A stretch of DNA of 64,000 nt, from assembly GCA_965227405.1 (NCBI GenBank), contig OZ245758.1:1513693-1577692 (forward strand), in the 5' to 3' direction. Within the stretch, counting starts at the first letter, position 1, and the number at the start of each line of letters is the position of its first letter. The notes below the pieces were generated by a model. The model was not told the origin of the DNA, made no database searches, and saw only the letters and a list, made by a program, of their open reading frames with translations. Both the position numbers and the translations under genes were made by a program. Positions 55,821 to 64,000 of this stretch are shown here, piece after piece. Source of the stretch: Polyangiales bacterium (lineage in GTDB: Bacteria > Myxococcota_A > Polyangia > Polyangiales > Houyiibacteriaceae).

Positions 55821-56992
55821 TGCGCAGCCTTGCGCTCGCACTTCTGCTGCTGGGTTGCGAGCAGCACACCAGCGTAGAGACGCCTGCACCTCCCGTCGAA
55901 GAACCTTTGTTTGTAGGCGACGCGGATCGTGGTGAAGCACTCGCGATTCAGTTTGAGTGCGCTCGATGTCACGACGGCGTTGTTGGTGAGCCGACGCTCC
56001 AACAACAGTGCGCGGGGTGCCACGAAGACATTCTCGACGGGACTCTCGAGGTGCCCGCCGGGCAACACTGGCAAGACAACATCCACAGTCTGCCAAGCGC
56101 CCCATCGCTTCAGGGCGCGCACCGCTTTGCACCCGAGTGGATTGCCGAGTTTCTGCAGAACCCCCATGACCTCCGCCCGAACCTCGAAGCGACGATGCCG
56201 CGACTGGCGATCGACGAAACCGACGCTCGCGACCTCGCTGCGTTCCTGACGCGCGACGCCTCAGCGAGTGAGCCGTGGCAGTTTGGTGATGCGCGTCGTG
56301 GTCGTGAGATCGTTCGTTCAAGCGCCTGCGGAACGTGCCACCTCGAATCTGGACAATCGATCGGCGAGGAAACGACTGCTGGGCTCGCACGCACCCTGGC
56401 TCCAGACCTCGCCGTTGCAGCCACGCGCTTTCGAAGAGACCTTCTGGTCAGGTGGCTGCTCGACCCTGCCGCGCTTCATCGGGCCACGCGAATGCCCGCG
56501 CAGGGTTTGAGCGAGAGCGAGGCACGTGATGTTGCCGCGCATCTGCTGACGTTGGAGATGCCGCAGCCTCCTGCTGCGCCTGACCGACTGCCGGTACTGG
56601 AACGCGAAGTCATGTTCGACGAAGTCGAAACACAGGTATTTCGCGCTGTTTGTTGGCATTGCCATGCGGATCCAGACCTGGCGATGGGCGATGGAGGACC
56701 CGGCAACACGGGTGGCTTTGGGTTTGAAGCGCGTCGGGTGAACTTGGGTGAGTACGAGAGCATCCAAAGTGGTGCGCTCAACGCGGAAGGGCGACGTGCT
56801 TCGCTCTTTCGTGAAGTCGAACTGAACGGCGAGCGGATGCCCTTACTCGTGGCGACGTTGCGTGCGCGGCAGCTGGAGGAAGCGGGCGTCGTGCATGACG
56901 GACCGCGCGGTATGCCTTTGGGTCTTCCCGCGATGAGCCCGGAAGCGATCCAACTGGTGGAGACGTGGATCGCGCAAGGTCGTCATCGCTAA
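55817..56992 (+). CDS. Multi-heme c-type cytochrome lipoprotein
   Basis: 'LLLLGCEQ' lipobox. Four CxxCH motifs: CARCH, CAGCH, CGTCH, CWHCH. Confidence 0.7.
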   Translation: MMRSLALALLLLGCEQHTSVETPAPPVEEPLFVGDADRGEALAIQFECARCHDGVVGEPTLQQQCAGCHEDILDGTLEVPAGQHWQDNIHSLPSAPSLQGAHRFAPEWIAEFLQNPHDLRPNLEATMPRLAIDETDARDLAAFLTRDASASEPWQFGDARRGREIVRSSACGTCHLESGQSIGEETTAGLARTLAPDLAVAATRFRRDLLVRWLLDPAALHRATRMPAQGLSESEARDVAAHLLTLEMPQPPAAPDRLPVLEREVMFDEVETQVFRAVCWHCHADPDLAMGDGGPGNTGGFGFEARRVNLGEYESIQSGALNAEGRRASLFREVELNGERMPLLVATLRARQLEEAGVVHDGPRGMPLGLPAMSPEAIQLVETWIAQGRHR

Positions 56993-57007
56993 GGGCGAGG
57001 TGGGCGG

Positions 57008-57060
57008 CATTCCGCTTCGCGGATCCGGAAGCATGGAAGCTTGGGAGTACGGAAGGACTT
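57008..57060. repeat. About 55-nt extragenic repeat, copy B
   Basis: 'CATTCCGCTTCGCGGATCCGGAAGCATGGAAGCTTGGGAGTACGGAAGGACTT' lies between the cytochrome gene and the convergent esterase gene. Confidence 0.4.
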
Positions 57061-57073
57061 CAGCTCTTCCCGC

Positions 57074-58387
57074 TTAGAGATGCAGGTCTGCAAAGTCCAT
57101 GAACAGCTCCCAATCGCTCGCCAACAACGAGTGATCGCCGGGACGCTCAAACCAACTCAACGGGCCTTCCTGCGTTGGAATGCCTTCGTCATCCGCGACG
57201 AGTCCAGGCGAACCGAGTAGCTCCCATATTGGCGCTGCGGCCTGTACTGCGCGCAGTGCGCCCGGAGGGTCTGCCCAGTCATCTGCGGCGCCGTTCGTGA
57301 CAAACACCGCACGCGGCGCGACCAAACCGATCAACAGATGCTGATCGATCGGCAACTGCGTTTCTCGGTTCGCAAACGTGTTGAACACACCATCAAACCA
57401 ATGCGGGAAAGCCGCGTTGATGATGAACACCGACTCGCCCAGATAGCTTCGGCTGAGCGTCGCACCCGCTGTTCCGCTCTGATGTGGAATCGTCATCGCG
57501 ATCCGCTCGTCGAGCGCTGCTGCCCACAACGCGGCTTTGCCACGTCGCGAGTGACCCACCGTCGCAATACGCGTCGCATCGACTTCCGCGGTCTGCAGGT
57601 AATCGATCGCGCGACTCAACCCGTACGCCCACGCGCTGATCATCGCCCATCGCGCCTCTTCAGGAACGTCGTCGAGCGCAAAGTGCGGGTGGACCCCATC
57701 CTCGAACTCACGATCGTTCACATCGTCGGGATCGACGTCGCTTTCGTGGAATGTCACCAAGGCATAACCGCGCGCCACAATCGCTTCGATCGGCCACAGC
57801 GAATCACGGAAACCTCGCGTCAACTCGCAGTCACTTTGAATCCACGACGTGGTCTCGCGAACAGCTTCTTCGAACGACAAGCTCTGGTTTCCACACTTGT
57901 TGAGCGCGAGAAGCACCGGCGCATCGGTCACCCCAACCGGACGAAAGATCGCGAGCGAGATGGGCGTGACCTCGGACGGTCCGTACGCAAGCGACACCTC
58001 GGTGTACGAAACACTCGCGTCAAAGAGTAGCGCTTCGTCGGTGACCGTCGCTTCGACGGGCACAGCCTCGGGAAGAAAACCGTAGACGTAGTGCTGAAAC
58101 AACTCGAGCAACTCGGGTCGTCGAACGTCCCGCCACTGTTCTGCCGTTTCGATCCGCATTGGATCGAAGAAGGTTTCGAAGGGATCGGGAAGCTCTTCGC
58201 TCGCCGGGAGATCATCGACCGCCGGAAAGCGACCTGCGTCCACACGGGTATCGGCTGCCGCGTCGATGCCGGCGTCCACGCTTGAGTCTGGGCTCGCGTC
58301 CGCCGACGAGTCCGTCCCAGCGTCCGCAGGTGCGCTGTCATCGCCGCACCCCAACGCCAACACAAGGAGCCACGCAAAGCGCTTCAT
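57074..58387 (-). CDS. CE15-like (glucuronoyl esterase-like) alpha/beta-hydrolase lipoprotein
   Basis: 'LVLALGCGDDS' lipobox. 'GHSRRGKAALWAAALDERI' matches the CE15 G-C-S-R-x-G nucleophile motif. Ala/Asp/Ser-rich linker after the lipobox. Confidence 0.55.
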   Translation of the reverse strand: MKRFAWLLVLALGCGDDSAPADAGTDSSADASPDSSVDAGIDAAADTRVDAGRFPAVDDLPASEELPDPFETFFDPMRIETAEQWRDVRRPELLELFQHYVYGFLPEAVPVEATVTDEALLFDASVSYTEVSLAYGPSEVTPISLAIFRPVGVTDAPVLLALNKCGNQSLSFEEAVRETTSWIQSDCELTRGFRDSLWPIEAIVARGYALVTFHESDVDPDDVNDREFEDGVHPHFALDDVPEEARWAMISAWAYGLSRAIDYLQTAEVDATRIATVGHSRRGKAALWAAALDERIAMTIPHQSGTAGATLSRSYLGESVFIINAAFPHWFDGVFNTFANRETQLPIDQHLLIGLVAPRAVFVTNGAADDWADPPGALRAVQAAAPIWELLGSPGLVADDEGIPTQEGPLSWFERPGDHSLLASDWELFMDFADLHL

Positions 58388-58409
58388 CGCCGAAAGCCTA
58401 GCAGAGCAG

Positions 58410-59654
58410 TCAGAGAAGCATGGCGTAGGGCGCCTGAAGCAGACGCTTCAACTCGGCGAGCCACTTCGCACCCACGGCGCCGTCCACAACACGGTGGTCG
58501 CAGCTCAGCGTCAGTTTCATGCGCTTGCCCGCAACCAGCGCTCCGTTTTCGACAACCGCTGCATCGCGAATCGTTCCGACGGCCATCAACGCACCCTCAG
58601 GCGGGTTGATCACAGCTGCGAACTCTTCGATTCCGTACATACCGAGGTTCGAAATGCTGAACGTTCCGTTCTGCATCTCCTCGAGCTTGAGCTTCTTGTC
58701 GCGCGCACGCCCGGCGAGCTCTTTGACCTCTCGCGAAATCTCGAGCACGCCTTTTTGATCGGCGTCGCGCACAACCGGGGTGACCAATCCATCCGGCACA
58801 GCAACCGCGACGGAGATGTCGACCACTTGGTGGTAGTGAATCTCTCCATCCATCCAGGAGGCGTTGCACTCAGGCACGTTTCGAAGCGCCACGGCCGCGG
58901 CTTTGATCACGATATCGTTGAACGAAACCTTCTCTTCGAGGCCCTGAGCCTTGAGGGTTGCGTTCATCTGCTTGCGCGCTTCCATCATCGGCGCCGCATC
59001 GACGTCAATGGTCAGATAGAAGTGCGGAACCGTTTGCTTGGACTCGGTCAGCCGACGCGCAATCGCCTTGCGCATCTGACTCGCCTTCTCCACCCGCGGA
59101 GGTTGGCGCACACCTCGCGCGCGAGCTTGCGGCGCAGCACTCAGTCCTTCGAGGTCTCGCTTGATGACACGACCACGTGGGCCGGTGCCCGCAACTCCGC
59201 TCAGATCAAGCCCACGCTCACGAGCCAGTCGTCGCACCAAAGGCGACGCGAGAATCCGCCCGTCGCCACGGTGAGGTGGTGCAGCCACAGCCGGTGCTGC
59301 TGGAGCAGGAGTCGCCGTCGGAGTGCTCAACACAGGCGCAGGCTCGGCTGCCGCGGGTGCACCGCCCTCTTCGGAACGCTTCTTCGCCTCCTCGATCAAC
59401 GCGGCGATGTCCTCGCCACGCTTGCCGATGATTGCCACCGGCATGTCCGGAGCCAGCGTCGACCCTTCGGGAGCCAGAATCTTCAGGAGCACGCCCTTGT
59501 CGAACGAGCGAAACTCCATGGTCGCTTTGTCGGTCTCGACCTCGGCAAGCAAATCGTCGATGTCGACGTCTTCGCCTTCCTTCTTGGTCCACGCCGCGAT
59601 GGTTCCCTCTTCCATCGTCGGTGAAAGCTTCGGCAGTCCGATGATCTTCGCCAC
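58410..59654 (-). CDS. Pyruvate dehydrogenase complex E2 (dihydrolipoamide acetyltransferase)
   Basis: GTG start after a GAGGA Shine-Dalgarno. Lipoyl domain 'ETDKATMEF'. E3-binding 'ASPLVRRLARERGLDL'. Catalytic 'DHRVVDGA'. Confidence 0.85.
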   Translation of the reverse strand: MAKIIGLPKLSPTMEEGTIAAWTKKEGEDVDIDDLLAEVETDKATMEFRSFDKGVLLKILAPEGSTLAPDMPVAIIGKRGEDIAALIEEAKKRSEEGGAPAAAEPAPVLSTPTATPAPAAPAVAAPPHRGDGRILASPLVRRLARERGLDLSGVAGTGPRGRVIKRDLEGLSAAPQARARGVRQPPRVEKASQMRKAIARRLTESKQTVPHFYLTIDVDAAPMMEARKQMNATLKAQGLEEKVSFNDIVIKAAAVALRNVPECNASWMDGEIHYHQVVDISVAVAVPDGLVTPVVRDADQKGVLEISREVKELAGRARDKKLKLEEMQNGTFSISNLGMYGIEEFAAVINPPEGALMAVGTIRDAAVVENGALVAGKRMKLTLSCDHRVVDGAVGAKWLAELKRLLQAPYAMLL

Positions 59655-59661
59655 GTCGTCC

Positions 59662-60648
59662 TCAGCTGCTGTACGTCGCTTTGCGAACTGCGGCGACAAC
59701 ACGGTCGACAGTCGGCAAGACGAGGTCTTCGAGATTGGTTGCGTAGGGCATGGGAACGTCCAGCGACGCCACGCGTTCGATCGGTGCGTCGAGCCAGTCG
59801 AACGCATCACGTTGAACACGGTCCGCGATCTCCGCGCCCGGTCCACCATAGGGCCAGTGTTCGTGCACGATCACACAACGGTTGGTCTTCTTCACACTCT
59901 CCACAATCGTGTCGGTGTCCAGGGGCCGAAGCGTGCGAGGGTCCACGACCTCAAGTTCGATTCCATCAGCCGCAAGCTGCTCGGCCGCTTGCATCACGGT
60001 GTAGTAAGGACGTCCCCAGGTCACCACTGTGCAGCTATCGCCTTCGCGCGCCACGCGTGCCTGACCAAAGGGAATCAGCTCGTCTTCCTCGGCGTCAGGA
60101 ACCTCGCCGCTGACGTTGTAGAGCGTTTCGCCCTCGAGAAAGATCACCGGGTTGTCGTCGCGAATCGCCGTCTTTAGAAGGCCTTTCGCATCGCGCGGTG
60201 TGGCCGGCATCACCACCCAGATACCCGGGATGTTCACGTAGAAGGGATCCACCGAGTGGCTGTGCTGTGAGCTGACCTGCTTCGCCGCACCGTTCGGTCC
60301 ACGGAAGACCATCGGCACCTTAATCTTGCCGCCGCTCATCTGATAGACCTTCGCGGCGTTGCTGATGATCTGATCAAACGCGACGAAGCTGAAGTTCCAG
60401 GTCATGAACTCGATGATGGGACGCAACCCCGTCATCGCGGCACCTACACCGATGCCTGCAAATCCGGCTTCGGCAATCGGGGTGTCAATGACGCGCTTCT
60501 CGCCAAAGCGAGCAAGCAACCCTTCACTGACCTTGTAGGCACCTTGGTAGTGACCGACTTCTTCGCCCATGAGGAAGACCGTAGGATCACGATCCATCTC
60601 CTCGAGCATCGCCTCACGCACCGCTTCGCGATATCGAATGGTCCTCAT
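59662..60648 (-). CDS. pdhB: Pyruvate dehydrogenase E1 component beta subunit
   Basis: 'VFLMGEEVGHYQGAYKVSEGL', 'IIEFMTWNFSFVAFDQI' and the transketolase-like C-terminus. Confidence 0.9.
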   Translation of the reverse strand: MRTIRYREAVREAMLEEMDRDPTVFLMGEEVGHYQGAYKVSEGLLARFGEKRVIDTPIAEAGFAGIGVGAAMTGLRPIIEFMTWNFSFVAFDQIISNAAKVYQMSGGKIKVPMVFRGPNGAAKQVSSQHSHSVDPFYVNIPGIWVVMPATPRDAKGLLKTAIRDDNPVIFLEGETLYNVSGEVPDAEEDELIPFGQARVAREGDSCTVVTWGRPYYTVMQAAEQLAADGIELEVVDPRTLRPLDTDTIVESVKKTNRCVIVHEHWPYGGPGAEIADRVQRDAFDWLDAPIERVASLDVPMPYATNLEDLVLPTVDRVVAAVRKATYSS

Positions 60649-61616
60649 GCTCCGGCCTCACTTGGCGCGTACACACCCCACATGACCTCTTCCTTGGCGG
60701 GCTCCGCTTCGTTCGCGAACTTCACCGCCGCGTCGATCAACTCGTCGATCTCTCCGTCGAGATCCTCGAGCTCGTCTTCCTTCACGCCCGCTTCGACAAG
60801 TCGGCCGCGAGCCACCGCACAAGGGTCCTTCTTCTTGCGCTCTTCGAGCTCGGCTCGGCTGCGGTACTTCGCCGGATCACTCATGGAATGACCGCGAAAA
60901 CGGTAGGTTTCGACCTCGATGAAGGTCGGACCTTCACCGCGACGCGCACGATCGACCGCTTGCTTCACACGGTCGTGAACCACAGCGACGTCGTGACCCG
61001 GGAAGCGATCACCGGCCATGCCATAGCCCTGCGCCTTGAGCGTGAGGTCCTGGATGGCCGAGGTGCGCTCCATCGGCGTGCCCATCGCGTACTGGTTGTT
61101 CTCGCAGATGAACACGATGGGCAGCTTCCACAAGCCGGCCAACGACATGGCCTCGTGGAACCCACCGATGTTGGTCGCACCTTCACCGAAGAAACATACA
61201 GTCACGCGTTTCTCGCCTTGGTACTTGGCTTTGAACGCAGCGCCGGCAGCAAGCGCAAGATGTCCTCCAACGATGCCCCAACCTCCGTAGAAGTGGTTCT
61301 CGACATCGAAGAAGTGCATCGAGCCACCCATGCCGCGCGAGCAGCCTGAGTCCTTCCCAAAGAGCTCCGCCATTGCCGCGTTCGCGGTCATGCCGCGCGC
61401 GAGTGCAATGCCGTGATCGCGGTAGGTTTGGAACGTGTAGTCCTCGTCCTCGAGTGCATCCGACACACCCACCGCCACCGCCTCTTGGCCGATGTAGAGG
61501 TGCAGAAAGCCTCCGATTTTGCCCATCGCGTACGCGCGAGCAGACTCCTCTTCGAAGCGCCGGATGGTTTGCATCATCCGGTAGCGCCGCAGTAACTCGT
61601 CCCGGCCTGAGGCCAT
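60645..61616 (-). CDS. pdhA: Pyruvate dehydrogenase E1 component alpha subunit
   Basis: ThDP motif 'GEGATNIGGFHEAMSLAGLWKLPIVFICENNQYA'. 4-nt overlap with pdhB. Confidence 0.9.
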   Translation of the reverse strand: MASGRDELLRRYRMMQTIRRFEEESARAYAMGKIGGFLHLYIGQEAVAVGVSDALEDEDYTFQTYRDHGIALARGMTANAAMAELFGKDSGCSRGMGGSMHFFDVENHFYGGWGIVGGHLALAAGAAFKAKYQGEKRVTVCFFGEGATNIGGFHEAMSLAGLWKLPIVFICENNQYAMGTPMERTSAIQDLTLKAQGYGMAGDRFPGHDVAVVHDRVKQAVDRARRGEGPTFIEVETYRFRGHSMSDPAKYRSRAELEERKKKDPCAVARGRLVEAGVKEDELEDLDGEIDELIDAAVKFANEAEPAKEEVMWGVYAPSEAGA

Positions 61617-61703
61617 GCGATCTCCTCCAAAATTAGGGGGAGCGCAGGCTACGTGAGGATGGCCTCGAAGGGCAACTGGTCAGAATTGATGCGTTTCTGC
61701 AAC

Positions 61704-62192
61704 TCAGCAATCGCCGCGGCAACGCCGGAATCCGCCGAAGCCGGAGTCGCTGACCCAGAAGCCCACTGCGCCTCGCGGTGCGACGACAGCAAGGTCGTCC
61801 GAAAACGTGTTCCGAACCTCTTCGATCGAGATCAGTTCGAGGTTTCTGACTGAGCCGTCGTCGCAGTCGCTTTCGATCACCAGCCGATCCGCTTCGCTCC
61901 ACCAACGGTCACCAAACGCACAGGTTCCTTCGTCAAGGAACCACTGCCCTGCTTCACCTTCGAAGTAAGTACCTTCGTCGTGTGAGAGAACTTCGATCTC
62001 TCCACTCTCATGGAACCGGTAGACCGTCGTGGTGGGGATCAACGCCCAACCAAAGGCAGACACCACCTGGTAGTCGTCCGCAAACTCCGGCGAGCGTTCG
62101 ATGTCCGACTCGAGTTCCAGTTCGTGGGAGGCGTAACAACCGGTAAGTGCGAGAGCGAGAACGAGTCGAAGCATGGAGGTACGATACGCCAT
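61704..62192 (-). CDS. Lipoprotein, hypothetical
   Basis: Start 'MAYRTSMLRLVLALALTGCYAS' (ATG after GGCGGAG). No domain recognised. Confidence 0.5.
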   Translation of the reverse strand: MAYRTSMLRLVLALALTGCYASHELELESDIERSPEFADDYQVVSAFGWALIPTTTVYRFHESGEIEVLSHDEGTYFEGEAGQWFLDEGTCAFGDRWWSEADRLVIESDCDDGSVRNLELISIEEVRNTFSDDLAVVAPRGAVGFWVSDSGFGGFRRCRGDC

Positions 62193-62955
62193 GCTCACCG
62201 CTCCGCCACACATCGTTGATCTCAACCTTGCGGCCAAGAAGCCCAAGTACAAAGACCTCGCGTTTCGTCGACGGCCCCTTTACATGCCGTTTCGTGAGCT
62301 GCTTTTCGCGATGTCACCGCGTGGCACGCTAGCCATGTCGGCAGCAATGGCAGAGTGGGCGCTCTGGCGGGTGCATGGACACCACGAGTCGAGCACGGAG
62401 TCGTTGATCGAGGCGATGTGGGTCGTCGCCGTCCACCCTTCGTACATGAAGGTCTACGAGCCGCCGTGGAGTGAAACGCCAACCGTCGCGGACAAAGCAG
62501 ACCCGGGTTGGAAAAACTCTGCGCAGAGCACGTTCTGGAACATGGAAGGGCTCCACCGAAAAATCATGGAGGGCCTCATCGGCTACAACGACATTCAGGA
62601 CCTGCGTCACTGGTGTTTGCATGCGTTGCCGCGTCCCGTTCGTCCGACGTTCGAAGAATGGCTGCTGGAAACAGCAAGCACGATTGCCCAGCTCTCGCCG
62701 GGCGATCCAGACACGTTCACGTGCTGCACGACAAAGCGGCCGGATGAGTCGCTGCAGAAACAGTTCAAGTGGGGCTCCGTGGTGTTTCGTGACCAGTTGG
62801 ATGGCGCTGCGAAGAGTGAAGTCGCGAGTTCGTGGCTCGCAAACGCGCGGGACAACCCGTACTTGGTGGATGCGGACTCGGTCCCTGCCAACCGCCCATG
62901 GCGAGGGTGGAGGAATGCGGTCCCTGGGTTTACGGGTACGCCCTACGTCCTCTAG
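62191..62955 (+). CDS. Hypothetical protein
   Basis: ATG at 62191 sits 10 nt after GGAGGT. The start is uncertain; alternatives are 62173 or 62284. No motif recognised. Confidence 0.3.
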   Translation: MLTAPPHIVDLNLAAKKPKYKDLAFRRRPLYMPFRELLFAMSPRGTLAMSAAMAEWALWRVHGHHESSTESLIEAMWVVAVHPSYMKVYEPPWSETPTVADKADPGWKNSAQSTFWNMEGLHRKIMEGLIGYNDIQDLRHWCLHALPRPVRPTFEEWLLETASTIAQLSPGDPDTFTCCTTKRPDESLQKQFKWGSVVFRDQLDGAAKSEVASSWLANARDNPYLVDADSVPANRPWRGWRNAVPGFTGTPYVL

Positions 62956-63974
62956 GTTTTAGCAACCGGAACGGGGGCGGGCTCGGGGATCGGCTTGCCC
63001 ATATCGCGCAGAAAACGATAGTGCGCGCCAAGCGCCGACCACGCGGTCGGATAGTAGTAGTAGGGCACACCGAACTCTTCGCAGGTCTCGCGCACAATCG
63101 GCACGATCTCATCAAGGCGGCTGTAGCTGATCGTCGGAAAGAGATGGTGTTCGATCTGGTAGCCGAGTCCGCCGAAGAAGGTCACGGGCAACCACCACCC
63201 GTGCTGAAAGTCCACGGTCGTACGCATTTGTTCAATGCCCCAATCACGTGTCGGAGCGCGATGGTCATGCGCGAGGTCCATCGCCAATGCGTTTTGATGA
63301 CTGAGCGCGAACGTGCCCTGCACCATCAAACCTGCGCCTCCGATCATCAGCAGCTGCATTGTGAGCGCTGTCGTCCACGGCAAGAGAAAGTACGGCAGTA
63401 CGTACCAGAGCGATGCACTGATGAGCTTGAACGCGGTGAATGACAGAGCTTCACGCCATCGGGGGCGTTGCATCTTTCCGTAGGGACCGAACCACCAACC
63501 GCTTGCTGCAGCAACGATGTCGGCCAACCAGAGAACCGGAAACGTGATGAAGTAGAGAATCCACGCGTAGAGGTGCTGACCACGGTGGAAGAGCATGTGC
63601 TTCTGCGATTCAAACTCGCGAACGAGTGGGAAGTGCACCTCGATGTCCGGATCGACATCTACTTCGTTGGTGTAGATGTGATGCAGCGGAACGTGCATCG
63701 CGGTGAACACAAACGATGAGACACCCATCAGGTCGAGCGTCATCAACGCAAGCGCTCGGTTTGCTCGCACGGTCTTGAACACACCGGCATGCATCGCTTC
63801 GTGCCCATAGCCGCCAATGGCAAACGCCACAGGTCCCCACGCGAGTGCACACCACCACTGACCGAAGCCCACCGCACCGATCGAAAGCGCAATGAAAAGG
63901 AGATAGATACCGGCAAAGCGGAGGTAGAACTCGCGCGTACCGTGATGGGAGATGCGGAGCTTGCGCCCTTTCAA
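62952..63974 (-). CDS. Membrane fatty-acid desaturase family protein
   Basis: His boxes 'HEAMH', 'HHIYTN' and 'QIEHHLFP'. Multiple TM helices. Confidence 0.75.
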   Translation of the reverse strand: MKGRKLRISHHGTREFYLRFAGIYLLFIALSIGAVGFGQWWCALAWGPVAFAIGGYGHEAMHAGVFKTVRANRALALMTLDLMGVSSFVFTAMHVPLHHIYTNEVDVDPDIEVHFPLVREFESQKHMLFHRGQHLYAWILYFITFPVLWLADIVAAASGWWFGPYGKMQRPRWREALSFTAFKLISASLWYVLPYFLLPWTTALTMQLLMIGGAGLMVQGTFALSHQNALAMDLAHDHRAPTRDWGIEQMRTTVDFQHGWWLPVTFFGGLGYQIEHHLFPTISYSRLDEIVPIVRETCEEFGVPYYYYPTAWSALGAHYRFLRDMGKPIPEPAPVPVAKT

Positions 63975-64000
63975 CCCACGTTTCTTGGCGTCTGCAGCGA

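Overview
High-GC (about 65-70%) chromosomal window that almost certainly comes from a myxobacterium (Myxococcota). Evidence seen directly in the sequence: a secreted trypsin-like protease ending in a MYXO-CTERM-type sorting tail; Cys-rich 'CxDGxxCTxDxC' repeats of the myxobacterial type; two NtrC-family sigma-54 activators and two Hanks-type Ser/Thr kinases; many lipoproteins with L-x-G/A-C lipoboxes; frequent 4-nt start/stop overlaps. Core genes are densely packed: hrcA-grpE-dnaK, pdhA-pdhB-E2, maeB, pssA, ribE, recX, DksA-like, an RNase R/II fragment at the 5' edge, and a LysR regulator diverging from a pirin/isochorismatase/NmrA redox module. Accessory content: an 843-aa major vault protein (MVP) homolog with an HflK/C-like SPFH pair nearby; a roughly 10-kb minus-strand operon of secreted lipoproteins with a GT39 (PMT/ArnT-like) glycosyltransferase and two tandem, partly homogenised 800-aa paralogs; a small MITE-like element with 22-bp terminal inverted repeats (two intact copies, one degenerate); and a second about 55-nt extragenic repeat. 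No rRNA, tRNA, CRISPR array, transposase or integrase gene was recognised. All coordinates come from the ORF track plus manual start-codon refinement; family assignments are motif-based and no database search was run.
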